Positions 11,201 through 19,350 of a DNA stretch of 64,000 nucleotides are shown piece by piece. Where the stretch lies: positions 66,891-130,890 of the forward strand of contig VMGD01000001.1 in NCBI GenBank assembly GCA_007376405.1, written 5' to 3'. Positions within the stretch are counted from its first letter, which is position 1, and each line of letters starts with the position of its first letter. The DNA is from Microgenomates group bacterium Gr01-1014_7. GTDB taxonomy: Bacteria > Patescibacteriota > Microgenomatia > Daviesbacterales > UBA10151. The translations under genes and the position numbers were made by a program. The notes under the pieces were generated by a model. It saw only the letters and a program-made list of their open reading frames with translations, was not told where the DNA came from and ran no database searches.

Positions 11201-11772
11201 TGATAATTGTCGGTTGAGTATTGATCTGCAACTATTAATGCAGCTGAAACTGCATATTTTTTCTGCATATAGTCCAAAGAATAACTATCTATCCACCAGG
11301 CTCCCACAGAAGTTGGATAAAACCCAAAAACTTCCTTAAAGCGGGAGAATACAGAATCTATTAATTTTTCTCTCTCTTCTCTTTCATAACCTGTTAAAAA
11401 TGCACTGCCTGCAGCGTGCCAATTTTCTCCACTGTGGTATTTCACTCCTGCTGCTTTTGCCCAAGTAGGAGTAATCTCTAAAAATAACCCTTTTTCACTT
11501 TGCGATCCTTTAAGAGCACTCGTTATTGTTTTATTACTTAGAGCATCAAATCTTATAAGCCAAGTTGCACTGGCATTAAATCTTTTTAAAATATCCATTT
11601 GTCCTAAAACTGCCGTTTGAGGCTTCTGATCCTTTAAATCCCAAAAATCCTCTCCTCTAACAGGATTTACAATAGAAACAAAAGAATTAGTTTGTGCTAA
11701 AACAGGTAAAGGAAAGGAAAGGAAGAAAAGGAAGGAAAAAAATAAAATAATCCTAAATTTTAAAAGATTCAT
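8284..11772 (-). CDS. large secreted-domain / polytopic membrane fusion protein (N-terminal ~500 aa extracytoplasmic domain + GxWHxS-family membrane domain)
   Basis: 1162 aa. N-terminal signal peptide (MNLLKFRIILFFSFLFFLSFPLPVLAQT), then a ~500-aa soluble domain of unknown, possibly carbohydrate-active function. The C-terminal half is a paralog of 6264..8282 ('NTHDGVWHISLINQLIKAVPPENPIFSGNILKNYHFFYDLL'). Confidence 0.55.
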   Translation of the reverse strand: MNLLKFRIILFFSFLFFLSFPLPVLAQTNSFVSIVNPVRGEDFWDLKDQKPQTAVLGQMDILKRFNASATWLIRFDALSNKTITSALKGSQSEKGLFLEITPTWAKAAGVKYHSGENWHAAGSAFLTGYEREEREKLIDSVFSRFKEVFGFYPTSVGAWWIDSYSLDYMQKKYAVSAALIVADQYSTDNYQIWGQYFSTPYYPSKKNALHPAQTLENKLPMVITQWATRDPVNGYGNGVIESTYSLQANDYIDYHNLDIKYFSKLIDIYTKQPLNQLSQLVVGLENSYSWQKYSKEYENQVETLVSKRKSSQISLATMRDFASWYKSKFPDLSPQHLIVADDPLGTYEQSSSTNKKVVWFMNPYYRAGWFLNQDGSVFRDIRQYIDGSEELCFKARCDSVNFATSATRVLDEVSFGHKWVIDDGRITDFNVVKQGENYEITYKNEAGHSRTIEFLPRDIGIDGKISSIDGAILDATKKEVQKKINSPMEEGTFAWSLNNVLFKTIAFILFLTIGCIIPGFLLINRLLKNKSVYQTFFLSTIVGLVELTLIFYILGLFKIRFLIYPYILINLILFLGLYLPKLKKINIPKIKNRVDLAIITLIIMGTAFQVIPAFKNGLVYPFGLGFWGPNTHDGVWHISLINQLIKAVPPENPIFSGNILKNYHFFYDLLVAATNYLVKIPVLDLVFRFYPILFSLSLGIGTYYLVRDLFEESLGILKTKIASLFSLYLVYFAGSFGWIVSFIKERNFAGESAFWANQSISFNLNPPFAISLLIIIALIQVLIFSGRKKRKLSLAILLAGGLIGFKAYGAVLVLVSLVLIGLFKKRADYLIVFIGALIITVVIFFANFQPTSALMIFAPFWFIHSMIDSPDRVGWMRLTLARTVGLEKGIWWKFITAEFISLILFIAGNLGLRMLSLLSLIKIKRIVKDSNLLFLLVFSTLSFLIPILFIQSGNPWNTIQFFYYGLYVTAVISGVVLLSLIVNLPKFLLSFIIGLFLIISPINSLVTASYYTNYLPHARVDKKELEALEFLSKQQDGVVLTYPYDDKLKKRIEEPWPLFVYDSTSYVSALSNKAVYLVDESQNQILLTDYKKRIVASKDFFSDVIPHLSTDESLQTAKNFLRHNHIKYIYIINEFSMAIDEDKLPLDKIYQNQEVTIYQTKL

Positions 11773-13202
11773 TTTTTAAAAATTGATTTAGTCATATTTA
11801 TAATTTTTGGTTCTAAAAGAATAATAATTACAGTATAGATAATTAACCCTGCAACAATCATTAAAATAACCTGCATTAGTGATATAGGAAGCAAACTTCT
11901 AACTATGTATAAAATAAATCCCATTAGAAGTGCAGTCATTAGAGGTTTTCCTACACTTTGTAAGTAATCCACCGTTACATATTTTGAGGCGATAAATATT
12001 GCTACGAATGAGCTAAGACCTACCAGAGTAAAACCAAAAGCTGCACCATTTAATCCGTAAGCTACTGCCAGCGCAGGGACAAGAATCCAAGTAAGCGCAG
12101 TCCACATAATCATCAATTTAAAAGTTATCGATACCTTTCCTATCGCGTTTAAGGTGTTGGTAAGCGGAGTAGTAATAGAAGCCAAAGCAGAAGTTATACT
12201 AATAAGGGTGAGGGCAGTTAAAGCAGGATTCCATTTACTGTATTTTGGAATGATCTCGGTAAGGGAGGGGGCCACTAAAACAAGTATCACAAGTGAAGGG
12301 AAAGATAAAATACATATAAATAATATCGCTCTTGAAACAGCATTTGATAGTTCTTGCTTTTCATCCTGTAACCTTGAGAATGCCGGAAAGGTTACTTTTA
12401 TAACCTGATCCATAAAAAAGCGCAAAGGCGCATATGCCCATTTTTGCGCCCATCCCAAAAGACCAATACCGGTTTGTCCTAAAATTCCTCCCAAAAGAAG
12501 AGTCATTCCATCATCTTTAATCATTGCCAAAAGTGCATTAGCCTGATATGGAACACCGAATTTAAGTACGGACTTAAATGCACTCACTGAAAAAGCAAGT
12601 CCCGGAAGCCATGGTTGAATCATATAAGTCATGATAAGCCCGGAAAAACCGCGAAGCAGTACCCCTATTGTGAAGCTTGTTACTCCAAAACCTTTCCAGG
12701 CAAGAAAAACAACAGAGATATTAAAAACTATAGTTTCTACGATTTGAGGGATAACCCATTTATTAAACTCAAGCTTTCTTTCTAAGAGTACATTGGGGAT
12801 AGTTTTTAATGAAGAAAGGACTAAAGAGAAAGCTACTGCCCAAAGTAAATATATTGATTTTTGATCCAGCTTGTATAAATTAACAATAACAGGAGTTGCA
12901 ATTAACACAGCGATCAATATTGTCAAAACCAGTAATTGTTGGGCGCTAAAAACAGTCCGCAGCTCTTGCTGTGTCAACTTTTCTTTTTTCTGGATTAGGG
13001 CTGCTGCAAAACCAATATCTCCAAAATAAGCCAAAAAATTAATTAAAGCAGAAACTATAAAGAATACCCCATACTCTGAAGGTTCAAGAAAAACTGTCAG
13101 CAGGACATTAGCAAAAAAGGCAATTGCTTGAATAAGAACGGTCCTTGCAGTTAAAATTCCAACACCTTTAATTACCCTTTTTTTTACAACTTCACTTTCC
13201 AT
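11769..13202 (-). CDS. wzx: polysaccharide/oligosaccharide flippase, Wzx-like (MOP/PST family)
   Basis: 477 aa with about 12-14 TM helices. N-terminus MESEVVKKRVIKGVGILTARTVLIQAIAFFANVLLTVFLEPSEYGVF is typical of PST/Wzx flippases. 4-nt overlap with the downstream gene. Confidence 0.65.
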   Translation of the reverse strand: MESEVVKKRVIKGVGILTARTVLIQAIAFFANVLLTVFLEPSEYGVFFIVSALINFLAYFGDIGFAAALIQKKEKLTQQELRTVFSAQQLLVLTILIAVLIATPVIVNLYKLDQKSIYLLWAVAFSLVLSSLKTIPNVLLERKLEFNKWVIPQIVETIVFNISVVFLAWKGFGVTSFTIGVLLRGFSGLIMTYMIQPWLPGLAFSVSAFKSVLKFGVPYQANALLAMIKDDGMTLLLGGILGQTGIGLLGWAQKWAYAPLRFFMDQVIKVTFPAFSRLQDEKQELSNAVSRAILFICILSFPSLVILVLVAPSLTEIIPKYSKWNPALTALTLISITSALASITTPLTNTLNAIGKVSITFKLMIMWTALTWILVPALAVAYGLNGAAFGFTLVGLSSFVAIFIASKYVTVDYLQSVGKPLMTALLMGFILYIVRSLLPISLMQVILMIVAGLIIYTVIIILLEPKIINMTKSIFKK

Positions 13203-14362
13203 TAATTTATTCCTTTTCTATAGTATAAAATCCACTTGCGCACTCTGGCAAAAGATATAAAAAATAAAACAGTAGTGATACCAATACCCATCAAGGTTAT
13301 TAAATTTGAAAGAGAACGAATCGGGGTATCATAAAGCCTTGCATCTATTTCATGGTTACCTTTTCCCAATATAAATGTCATCAACCCAGTACTATTATTT
13401 TTATAGTCAACCGGTATTTGTTTACCATCAACAAATACTTTCCAGTTAGGGAAATAGTATTGTGATAAACGAATAATAGTATGGCTGTTAGCTTCAGTTT
13501 TAAAGCTCATCCAGTTTGAGCCTTCCTTAAAATCTAAAATTTTAGTATCCCCTGTTAATAATTCATATCTGGACTGCGCTTGTTTGGCAGGTGACTCTTT
13601 AGCGTAAATTGGCAAGTAACCATTATGAATCAAGTTACTCTCAAACACCTTTGGTAAAAGATAAAAGGATGAAAGCAACAATCCCAAAAATAAACTTCCC
13701 AGACTAAACCAAAGAAATCTTGACTTTTTAATTTTAAAAAATAATATTGCAGCTACCAGTAAAACTAATGGAACAAAAATTATCTGAGAAAGATTAGAAG
13801 AGGTGAGCAAACTTGCTATAAATATCCCGGAAAGAAGAAGGTTTCTTATATTAATGTCTTCTCTTAATCTAATGAGTGAGTAGATAGTTGCAGCAAAAAA
13901 CATAAGTGCCCACATTTCTCCTAACACTCCTCTTTGGTAAAAATTTAATAGATAATATGGTACAAAGCTATAAATTAAAGCGAGTAAAATCGCTTTTAAA
14001 TTTCCCACATATTTTCTTGAAAGAATATAGATAAATAAATATGAGCCAAAAAAAGAAACAATAAATAATACTCTAATAGAAAAAGCCAAATTGTTACTTA
14101 ATAAAAAAGTAAGTTCACCAAAATAATAGGGGAGTGGAGCGTAGAAATTAAAAAAGGGGTATCCATATGAACCACCCAAATCAGGCACCCAGCGACAGGG
14201 AATTTGGTAATCTTTAATACACTTATCCATCTCAAATAGCCGAGCACTATGAAGATCCTCTAGGCGCATGAAAGAAGGTTCTGATAAAAATAGCCAGACT
14301 AATCCCACTAATAAAATTAGAGCCCAAAGGGACCACTTTGTCGTAAGTTTTTTGAGAAGCAC
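13202..14362 (-). CDS. membrane protein, short member of the 'DD...IPxRWVPD...GYP' paralog family
   Basis: 386 aa. 'MRLEDLHSARLFEMDKCIKDYQIPCRWVPDLGGSYGYPFFNFYAPLPYY' motif is shared with the three following genes. Shorter (fewer TM helices) but keeps the family's C-terminal 'LYDTPIR...TM' module. Confidence 0.5.
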   Translation of the reverse strand: MLLKKLTTKWSLWALILLVGLVWLFLSEPSFMRLEDLHSARLFEMDKCIKDYQIPCRWVPDLGGSYGYPFFNFYAPLPYYFGELTFLLSNNLAFSIRVLFIVSFFGSYLFIYILSRKYVGNLKAILLALIYSFVPYYLLNFYQRGVLGEMWALMFFAATIYSLIRLREDINIRNLLLSGIFIASLLTSSNLSQIIFVPLVLLVAAILFFKIKKSRFLWFSLGSLFLGLLLSSFYLLPKVFESNLIHNGYLPIYAKESPAKQAQSRYELLTGDTKILDFKEGSNWMSFKTEANSHTIIRLSQYYFPNWKVFVDGKQIPVDYKNNSTGLMTFILGKGNHEIDARLYDTPIRSLSNLITLMGIGITTVLFFISFARVRKWILYYRKGIN

Positions 14363-15993
14363 ATCCCTAATGATACTAAAAATCCGGCTAAAGAGATAGC
14401 ATCGAGAGCCTTTTTAAAAGTTGTCTCCTCAAATGATATTTTTAGCTGATGCTGTCCAGGCGGAACATTGACATTAATCTGTCCAAAAGGTTGGCCGATT
14501 TCTATTTTATTTTGCTTACCGTCTATTTTAGCCACCCAACCCGGAAAGAAATATTTATTGTAATTTATTGTTGCGCTAACTGTTGACTCAACTGTAATCA
14601 AAGCATCTAAATCATTTAATCTCTCAAATTTCTTAATTTCTCCATTCTCAACAGAGACTAAAGGATAATTTTGATTAGGTCTCACTTGGGTATGCTTGGG
14701 TAATCTTAAATATTCTTCCTGAGTCTCTAAATATTCCTTACTTGCGGAAGGAGTGGGAATATATCTATTTAGAAAGTAGCTATCTTGTCTGCCTAGAAAA
14801 TCCTCTGGTCTAAAATAACTTCCGCTGGTAATTAAAGTAAGGACAATTATAACTGTAGCAATGATTGACTTAGACTTAAATTTGTCAAAAACTATTATTA
14901 AAAGTGGGGTTGCAAAAGTGGTTAGTATTAAAAATCTCCAGGGAAACTGGAAATAAGATAGCAAGGGCAGATTATTCCATAAAAACGTAGACCTGTAATT
15001 CATAAGAAAAAAGGCGGAGCCTAGACAGACAAAAACCCAAACAAGTAAAATCTTTATTTCTTTCCTAAATCTGGACCAGGAAGTAATAGCTATAATAAAT
15101 CCTGCAATTACCAAAAGTAAATTTACTATTCCCAAGAAGAAAGACATACCATCTCCCGGACCTGGAACAGACGCTCCATATCCCCAATAAAGAGTAATTA
15201 GTTGTGAAATCGTAGGATAATGATCGGCAAAATTAAAAACAGTATCATATTTCATAAGGTTTGAATCCACTATTGCCGGTAGCCAAAAATACATACTGGT
15301 AAATAAACCCAAAAAAATCATTAAAATTGACCTTACTGCAAATGCCTTTTTATTTTCACTTGCAAAAAATTGCATTAAAAAAAACAGAGCCACAAAAGGA
15401 AAAAACATATATGAAGTAATATTGTGCGACAACACTAGGGAAGAAAGGGTAAGTGCTCCAATCCCTATCCACCTTAAGTTTGATTCCTTAATCTTTACAA
15501 TTGATAATAAAATTAAGGGTAAAAACACAAAACTTACTACCTCGCCGACCGCTCCACGGATATACAGATCAACCGCTCTGTAAGGGGTATAAATATATAA
15601 GGTTGCTCCGGCTAAACTTAAAGATCTTGAGATAAACTGTCGCAAAAGTAGATACATGAATACAAAAGATATGGGGATGCTAATAAAAAATAATGCTTTG
15701 ATGCTATCAACCAAACTTAGACCCAAAAGGTGAAATATTTCAGCTATATAAAAAGGCAGCGGAAAAACAAAGTTAAATAAAGGATAGCCAAAACCAAAAC
15801 TTAAATCGGGTACAAAGCGGGGAGGAATTTTACCGGAGAGAAGAGTTTTATGCATCTCATATAACCAGGCAATGTGAATATCATCAGACGCCCCATAAAA
15901 ACCCGGCACAAAAAGCGCCCAACAAGCCGGGATAAACAAAAGAGGCACTATTACCCACCAGTATCTAGTTAAAACGTTTTTTAGATTTACCAT
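14317..15993 (-). CDS. polytopic membrane protein, 'DD...IPxRWVPD...GYP' family (putative GT-C-like)
   Basis: 558 aa. 'GASDDIHIAWLYEMHKTLLSGKIPPRFVPDLSFGFGYPLFNFVFPLPFY'. A DD motif directly follows TM1. Confidence 0.55.
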   Translation of the reverse strand: MVNLKNVLTRYWWVIVPLLFIPACWALFVPGFYGASDDIHIAWLYEMHKTLLSGKIPPRFVPDLSFGFGYPLFNFVFPLPFYIAEIFHLLGLSLVDSIKALFFISIPISFVFMYLLLRQFISRSLSLAGATLYIYTPYRAVDLYIRGAVGEVVSFVFLPLILLSIVKIKESNLRWIGIGALTLSSLVLSHNITSYMFFPFVALFFLMQFFASENKKAFAVRSILMIFLGLFTSMYFWLPAIVDSNLMKYDTVFNFADHYPTISQLITLYWGYGASVPGPGDGMSFFLGIVNLLLVIAGFIIAITSWSRFRKEIKILLVWVFVCLGSAFFLMNYRSTFLWNNLPLLSYFQFPWRFLILTTFATPLLIIVFDKFKSKSIIATVIIVLTLITSGSYFRPEDFLGRQDSYFLNRYIPTPSASKEYLETQEEYLRLPKHTQVRPNQNYPLVSVENGEIKKFERLNDLDALITVESTVSATINYNKYFFPGWVAKIDGKQNKIEIGQPFGQINVNVPPGQHQLKISFEETTFKKALDAISLAGFLVSLGMCFSKNLRQSGPFGL

Positions 15994-17629
15994 AGAAAAC
16001 TACCCCTATTAAAATTATTAAAGAGACTAGAGAAGTAACATTGGAAATTTTACGAATAGTAGTATCAACAAATTTTCCCGATACAAAATAGTCTCCCCCT
16101 CTCTCAAAGTTAATACTTATTCTTCCCAAGTAATTTTTATTAGAGAAACTCATCTTTTGATCATTAACTTTAACTTCCCAGATTGGAAAATCAAAAACAG
16201 GTACCTCAATGCTTGTTTTATCTTCCACCTTTGCTTGAAACTGCCATTTATTTGATCTATTCTCAAACTTCAAAACTTCCCCTTTTCCTGAAACTACAAT
16301 TGGCTTATCAGGTGCAGCCTCTCTGGGTTGTACAGCGGTCTGGGGCAGGTAATCCAAGATGGCAGCTTTTTGCTGGTCCTCCCAAAGTTTACCTGATAAT
16401 TTTTCCTGATCAGTCATACTAGGATAAAATTCTTTTGGTTTAAAATAATTCCAGTTTAAAATAATGATTAAGATAATTAAAATTAAGCTTAAGTATTTTT
16501 TATAAACTTCTTTAAAATTTTGAACAAGATATGCTCCGAGTAGACTGGATGAGAAAATTGCCACTGATAAAAATCTCCAGGGGAATTGAGTGAATTTTAA
16601 AACTTCAATTTTTTCCCAGATAAAAGCAGATTTTATATGTGTCATAAAAATTGAAAACAAAAATGTCATAAATAAAAGGAGAGATAAACTATTAAATTTT
16701 CTTTTATAAATTATGCTAAAGAGAAACATTATAAAGGCAGCTACTACTATCCACCAATGTGGCCAGCCTATCTGAAAAGATATAGTGTCATTTGTACCCG
16801 GAGATGATGCTCCATAGCCCCAGGAGCGGTCAAATAAAAGCTGAGGTACGGTTACAAAATGGGCTCTAAAATTTAAATCTAACCTAATTAGGTTATCTAT
16901 TTGAACTAAATTCTTCTCAAAATATGCAGGAAAGATAAAGAAAGAAGACAGTCCTATTCCCAAAATTAGGCCTAAAGCCAGCGAAGATAAATTCTTCCAT
17001 TTTTCCAGTACCAGTTGGTACAGAATGAATATTAAAAGCACAGGAAAAAATAGAAGAATCATAATATTATGACTCACTAAAAAGATCGCCAAGGAGACGG
17101 ATAAACCAACTAAATATTTGGTGCTTTTAAGCTTAGTTAGCTTTAAGGCAAAATAAAAAACCAAAGGGATGGTAGCCATAGCAAAACTTTCAGCAACGGC
17201 TCCCCTGACATAGGTATCAAGGGAACGGTATGGGGCAAAGGTATAAAGCACGGATGCTAAAATTGCAGGGTATACTCCAAAAAGCTCTTTTGCCAAAAGA
17301 TACATTGAAATTGCACCTAAAAACAAAGGAATAGCAAAAAGCAACTTGGCGGAAGCTAAAAAACCAAAAATGTAGCTTAGAATTGCCGCAAGATAGTAGG
17401 GAAATACACTGTAATAGTTAAACAAAGGATAACCATTACCATATCCCATATCCGGCACCCATCTACAAGGAATTTGTAAATCCTCAATGCATTTTCTCAT
17501 CTCAAAAATCCTCATCACCTGTAAATCATCGTGGTGAGAAAAATATCCGGGCAGAAAAAGAGGCCATAAAGTAAGACCTAAAAGCAGTAGAGTAAAAACA
17601 AACCAATACTTAGCTAAAACTTTTTTCAT
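15965..17629 (-). CDS. polytopic membrane protein, 'DD...IPxRWVPD...GYP' family
   Basis: 554 aa. 'SHHDDLQVMRIFEMRKCIEDLQIPCRWVPDMGYGNGYPLFNYYSVFPYY'. Confidence 0.55.
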   Translation of the reverse strand: MKKVLAKYWFVFTLLLLGLTLWPLFLPGYFSHHDDLQVMRIFEMRKCIEDLQIPCRWVPDMGYGNGYPLFNYYSVFPYYLAAILSYIFGFLASAKLLFAIPLFLGAISMYLLAKELFGVYPAILASVLYTFAPYRSLDTYVRGAVAESFAMATIPLVFYFALKLTKLKSTKYLVGLSVSLAIFLVSHNIMILLFFPVLLIFILYQLVLEKWKNLSSLALGLILGIGLSSFFIFPAYFEKNLVQIDNLIRLDLNFRAHFVTVPQLLFDRSWGYGASSPGTNDTISFQIGWPHWWIVVAAFIMFLFSIIYKRKFNSLSLLLFMTFLFSIFMTHIKSAFIWEKIEVLKFTQFPWRFLSVAIFSSSLLGAYLVQNFKEVYKKYLSLILIILIIILNWNYFKPKEFYPSMTDQEKLSGKLWEDQQKAAILDYLPQTAVQPREAAPDKPIVVSGKGEVLKFENRSNKWQFQAKVEDKTSIEVPVFDFPIWEVKVNDQKMSFSNKNYLGRISINFERGGDYFVSGKFVDTTIRKISNVTSLVSLIILIGVVFYGKSKKRFN

Positions 17630-19347
17630 TTCTTTGTTTTAAGATATAGCCCTAAAACAGCTATTATAGATATCAAAGTAATTATATTACCTATTTGTCT
17701 GACCGGTGTATCTTGTAACTGCGCTTTGATTTTATATTTCCCCGGAGAAAGCTTAAAACTGATAAGACCAAAACAATACTCTTCTCCCCTGCAATCAACA
17801 GTATGAGGTAAGGTGTTTCCCCCTGCAGTTACTTTCATTCCCGGGAAATCAAAAAGAGGCAGTCTTATTAATGCTTCTTTTTTCACCTCCACCTCTCCGG
17901 TTTGAAAATTACTGCCCTTTTGATAGTTTAAAAAGTTTGCTTGTCCTTCTAAGACCTCCGGAAACTTGGGAGCTTTATGGTTGGGAGGAAGCTTAGCATA
18001 AATAGGTAAATAATCAAAAATGCTGATAGTTAGTTGCTTTTCCCATAATTTACCAGAGAATTTATCCGTATCAGATATATTTACCCAATCCTTAGGAGTA
18101 AAAAATTGACTGTGAAGTATAAAAGTTGCAGCTAAAATAAAAAGAGCGAAAATTAGAGCAATTTTTTTATTAAGTAAGCCAACGAAAAAAACTGTGATAG
18201 CCCCCAGGAAAGATAAAAGAAAAATACTATCCGTTAAAAATCTCCAGGGAAATTGTAGCCACCAAAGAACCGGTAATTTTTCCCAGATAAAAGAAGATTT
18301 TTGGTGAATCAAAAAAAGTACTGCCAACTCTGTAATACTAAAAACAATTGCTAAAATCGCCATATTTTTTTGTTTTTTAAAAAAGGCAAAGGCTAGGATT
18401 AAACCAAGCAGACCAAGCATCCAGTGTATCTGACCTGTGGAAAGAGTTAGGTTATTATCCTGGCCGAGTCCCGATGACCCATATCCCCAAAGATTAGAAA
18501 TAAGTAGTCTATACAAAGATACGAAGTGCTGCCGGTAGTCAAAATATCCGCCTTGCAAGGTTTCAAGATGAACAAATTTTCCCTCAAAAATAACCGGCAA
18601 AGTAAAAAAGGATGCCAAGCCTATTCCCAATATCCCCCCAAAAAAAAATTTTGGGATCATCTTCCATCTATTCTTAATAATTAATAAAACCAAACACCAC
18701 AAAAGGGCAATGGGTGCAAAAATTAAAGTCATAAGATTGTGAGTAATTAGCAAGAAAGCAGTAGAAAGAGAAAGAAAAATTAAATATTTTAGTTTGTTTT
18801 TAGTTATTAGTTGATAAACAGCCCAAAAAACTAAGGGGTATAAAATTAAACTCCAAAATTCACTAAGCGCTCCCCTGACATAAATTTCCAATGCTTTGTA
18901 TGGAACATAGGTATAGAGCATTGCTCCCAAAAGAGCCGGTAGAGTTGTAGTGGCAAAACTTTTTTCTTTTACTTCCCCATCAAAAAAGGCTTTTAAAAAA
19001 ATAAACATAAAAACAGTTGAAAGAATGTATCCTAAGATAAATAAGATTTTTACAGAGTCAATTATTTGAATTCCAAAAAGATGAATAAAAGCTCCAATGT
19101 AATAAACAATGGGTGGATAAAATAAAAATTGAGGATAGCCATATTGATATCCCATATCCGGTACCCAGCGACAGGGGATTTGCAGGTCTTGAAAACACCT
19201 AAACATTTGGTGGACCCGAAAAGCTTGCAGATCATCTTGCATGAAGAAAAAACCCGGCCTAAGCAGTTGAATAAAGGTTGGGATAGTAAGTATTAAAGTT
19301 AATATTATCCAAAACGAATAAGGTCTTTTTTCAAGGAAATCAAACAT
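17626..19347 (-). CDS. polytopic membrane protein, 'DD...IPxRWVPD...GYP' family
   Basis: 573 aa. 'FMQDDLQAFRVHQMFRCFQDLQIPCRWVPDMGYQYGYPQFLFYPPIVYY'. ATGA overlap with the downstream gene. Confidence 0.55.
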   Translation of the reverse strand: MFDFLEKRPYSFWIILTLILTIPTFIQLLRPGFFFMQDDLQAFRVHQMFRCFQDLQIPCRWVPDMGYQYGYPQFLFYPPIVYYIGAFIHLFGIQIIDSVKILFILGYILSTVFMFIFLKAFFDGEVKEKSFATTTLPALLGAMLYTYVPYKALEIYVRGALSEFWSLILYPLVFWAVYQLITKNKLKYLIFLSLSTAFLLITHNLMTLIFAPIALLWCLVLLIIKNRWKMIPKFFFGGILGIGLASFFTLPVIFEGKFVHLETLQGGYFDYRQHFVSLYRLLISNLWGYGSSGLGQDNNLTLSTGQIHWMLGLLGLILAFAFFKKQKNMAILAIVFSITELAVLFLIHQKSSFIWEKLPVLWWLQFPWRFLTDSIFLLSFLGAITVFFVGLLNKKIALIFALFILAATFILHSQFFTPKDWVNISDTDKFSGKLWEKQLTISIFDYLPIYAKLPPNHKAPKFPEVLEGQANFLNYQKGSNFQTGEVEVKKEALIRLPLFDFPGMKVTAGGNTLPHTVDCRGEEYCFGLISFKLSPGKYKIKAQLQDTPVRQIGNIITLISIIAVLGLYLKTKK

Positions 19348-19350
19348 AAA

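Noticed and set aside
11695-11762. Purine-rich run (aggaaaggaaaggaagaaaaggaaggaaaaaaataaaataa) resembling a giant RBS or regulatory tract
   Set aside because: It is the reverse complement of the codons for the phenylalanine/leucine/serine-rich signal peptide (FFSFLFFLSFPLP) of the 1162-aa protein. It is coding, not regulatory.
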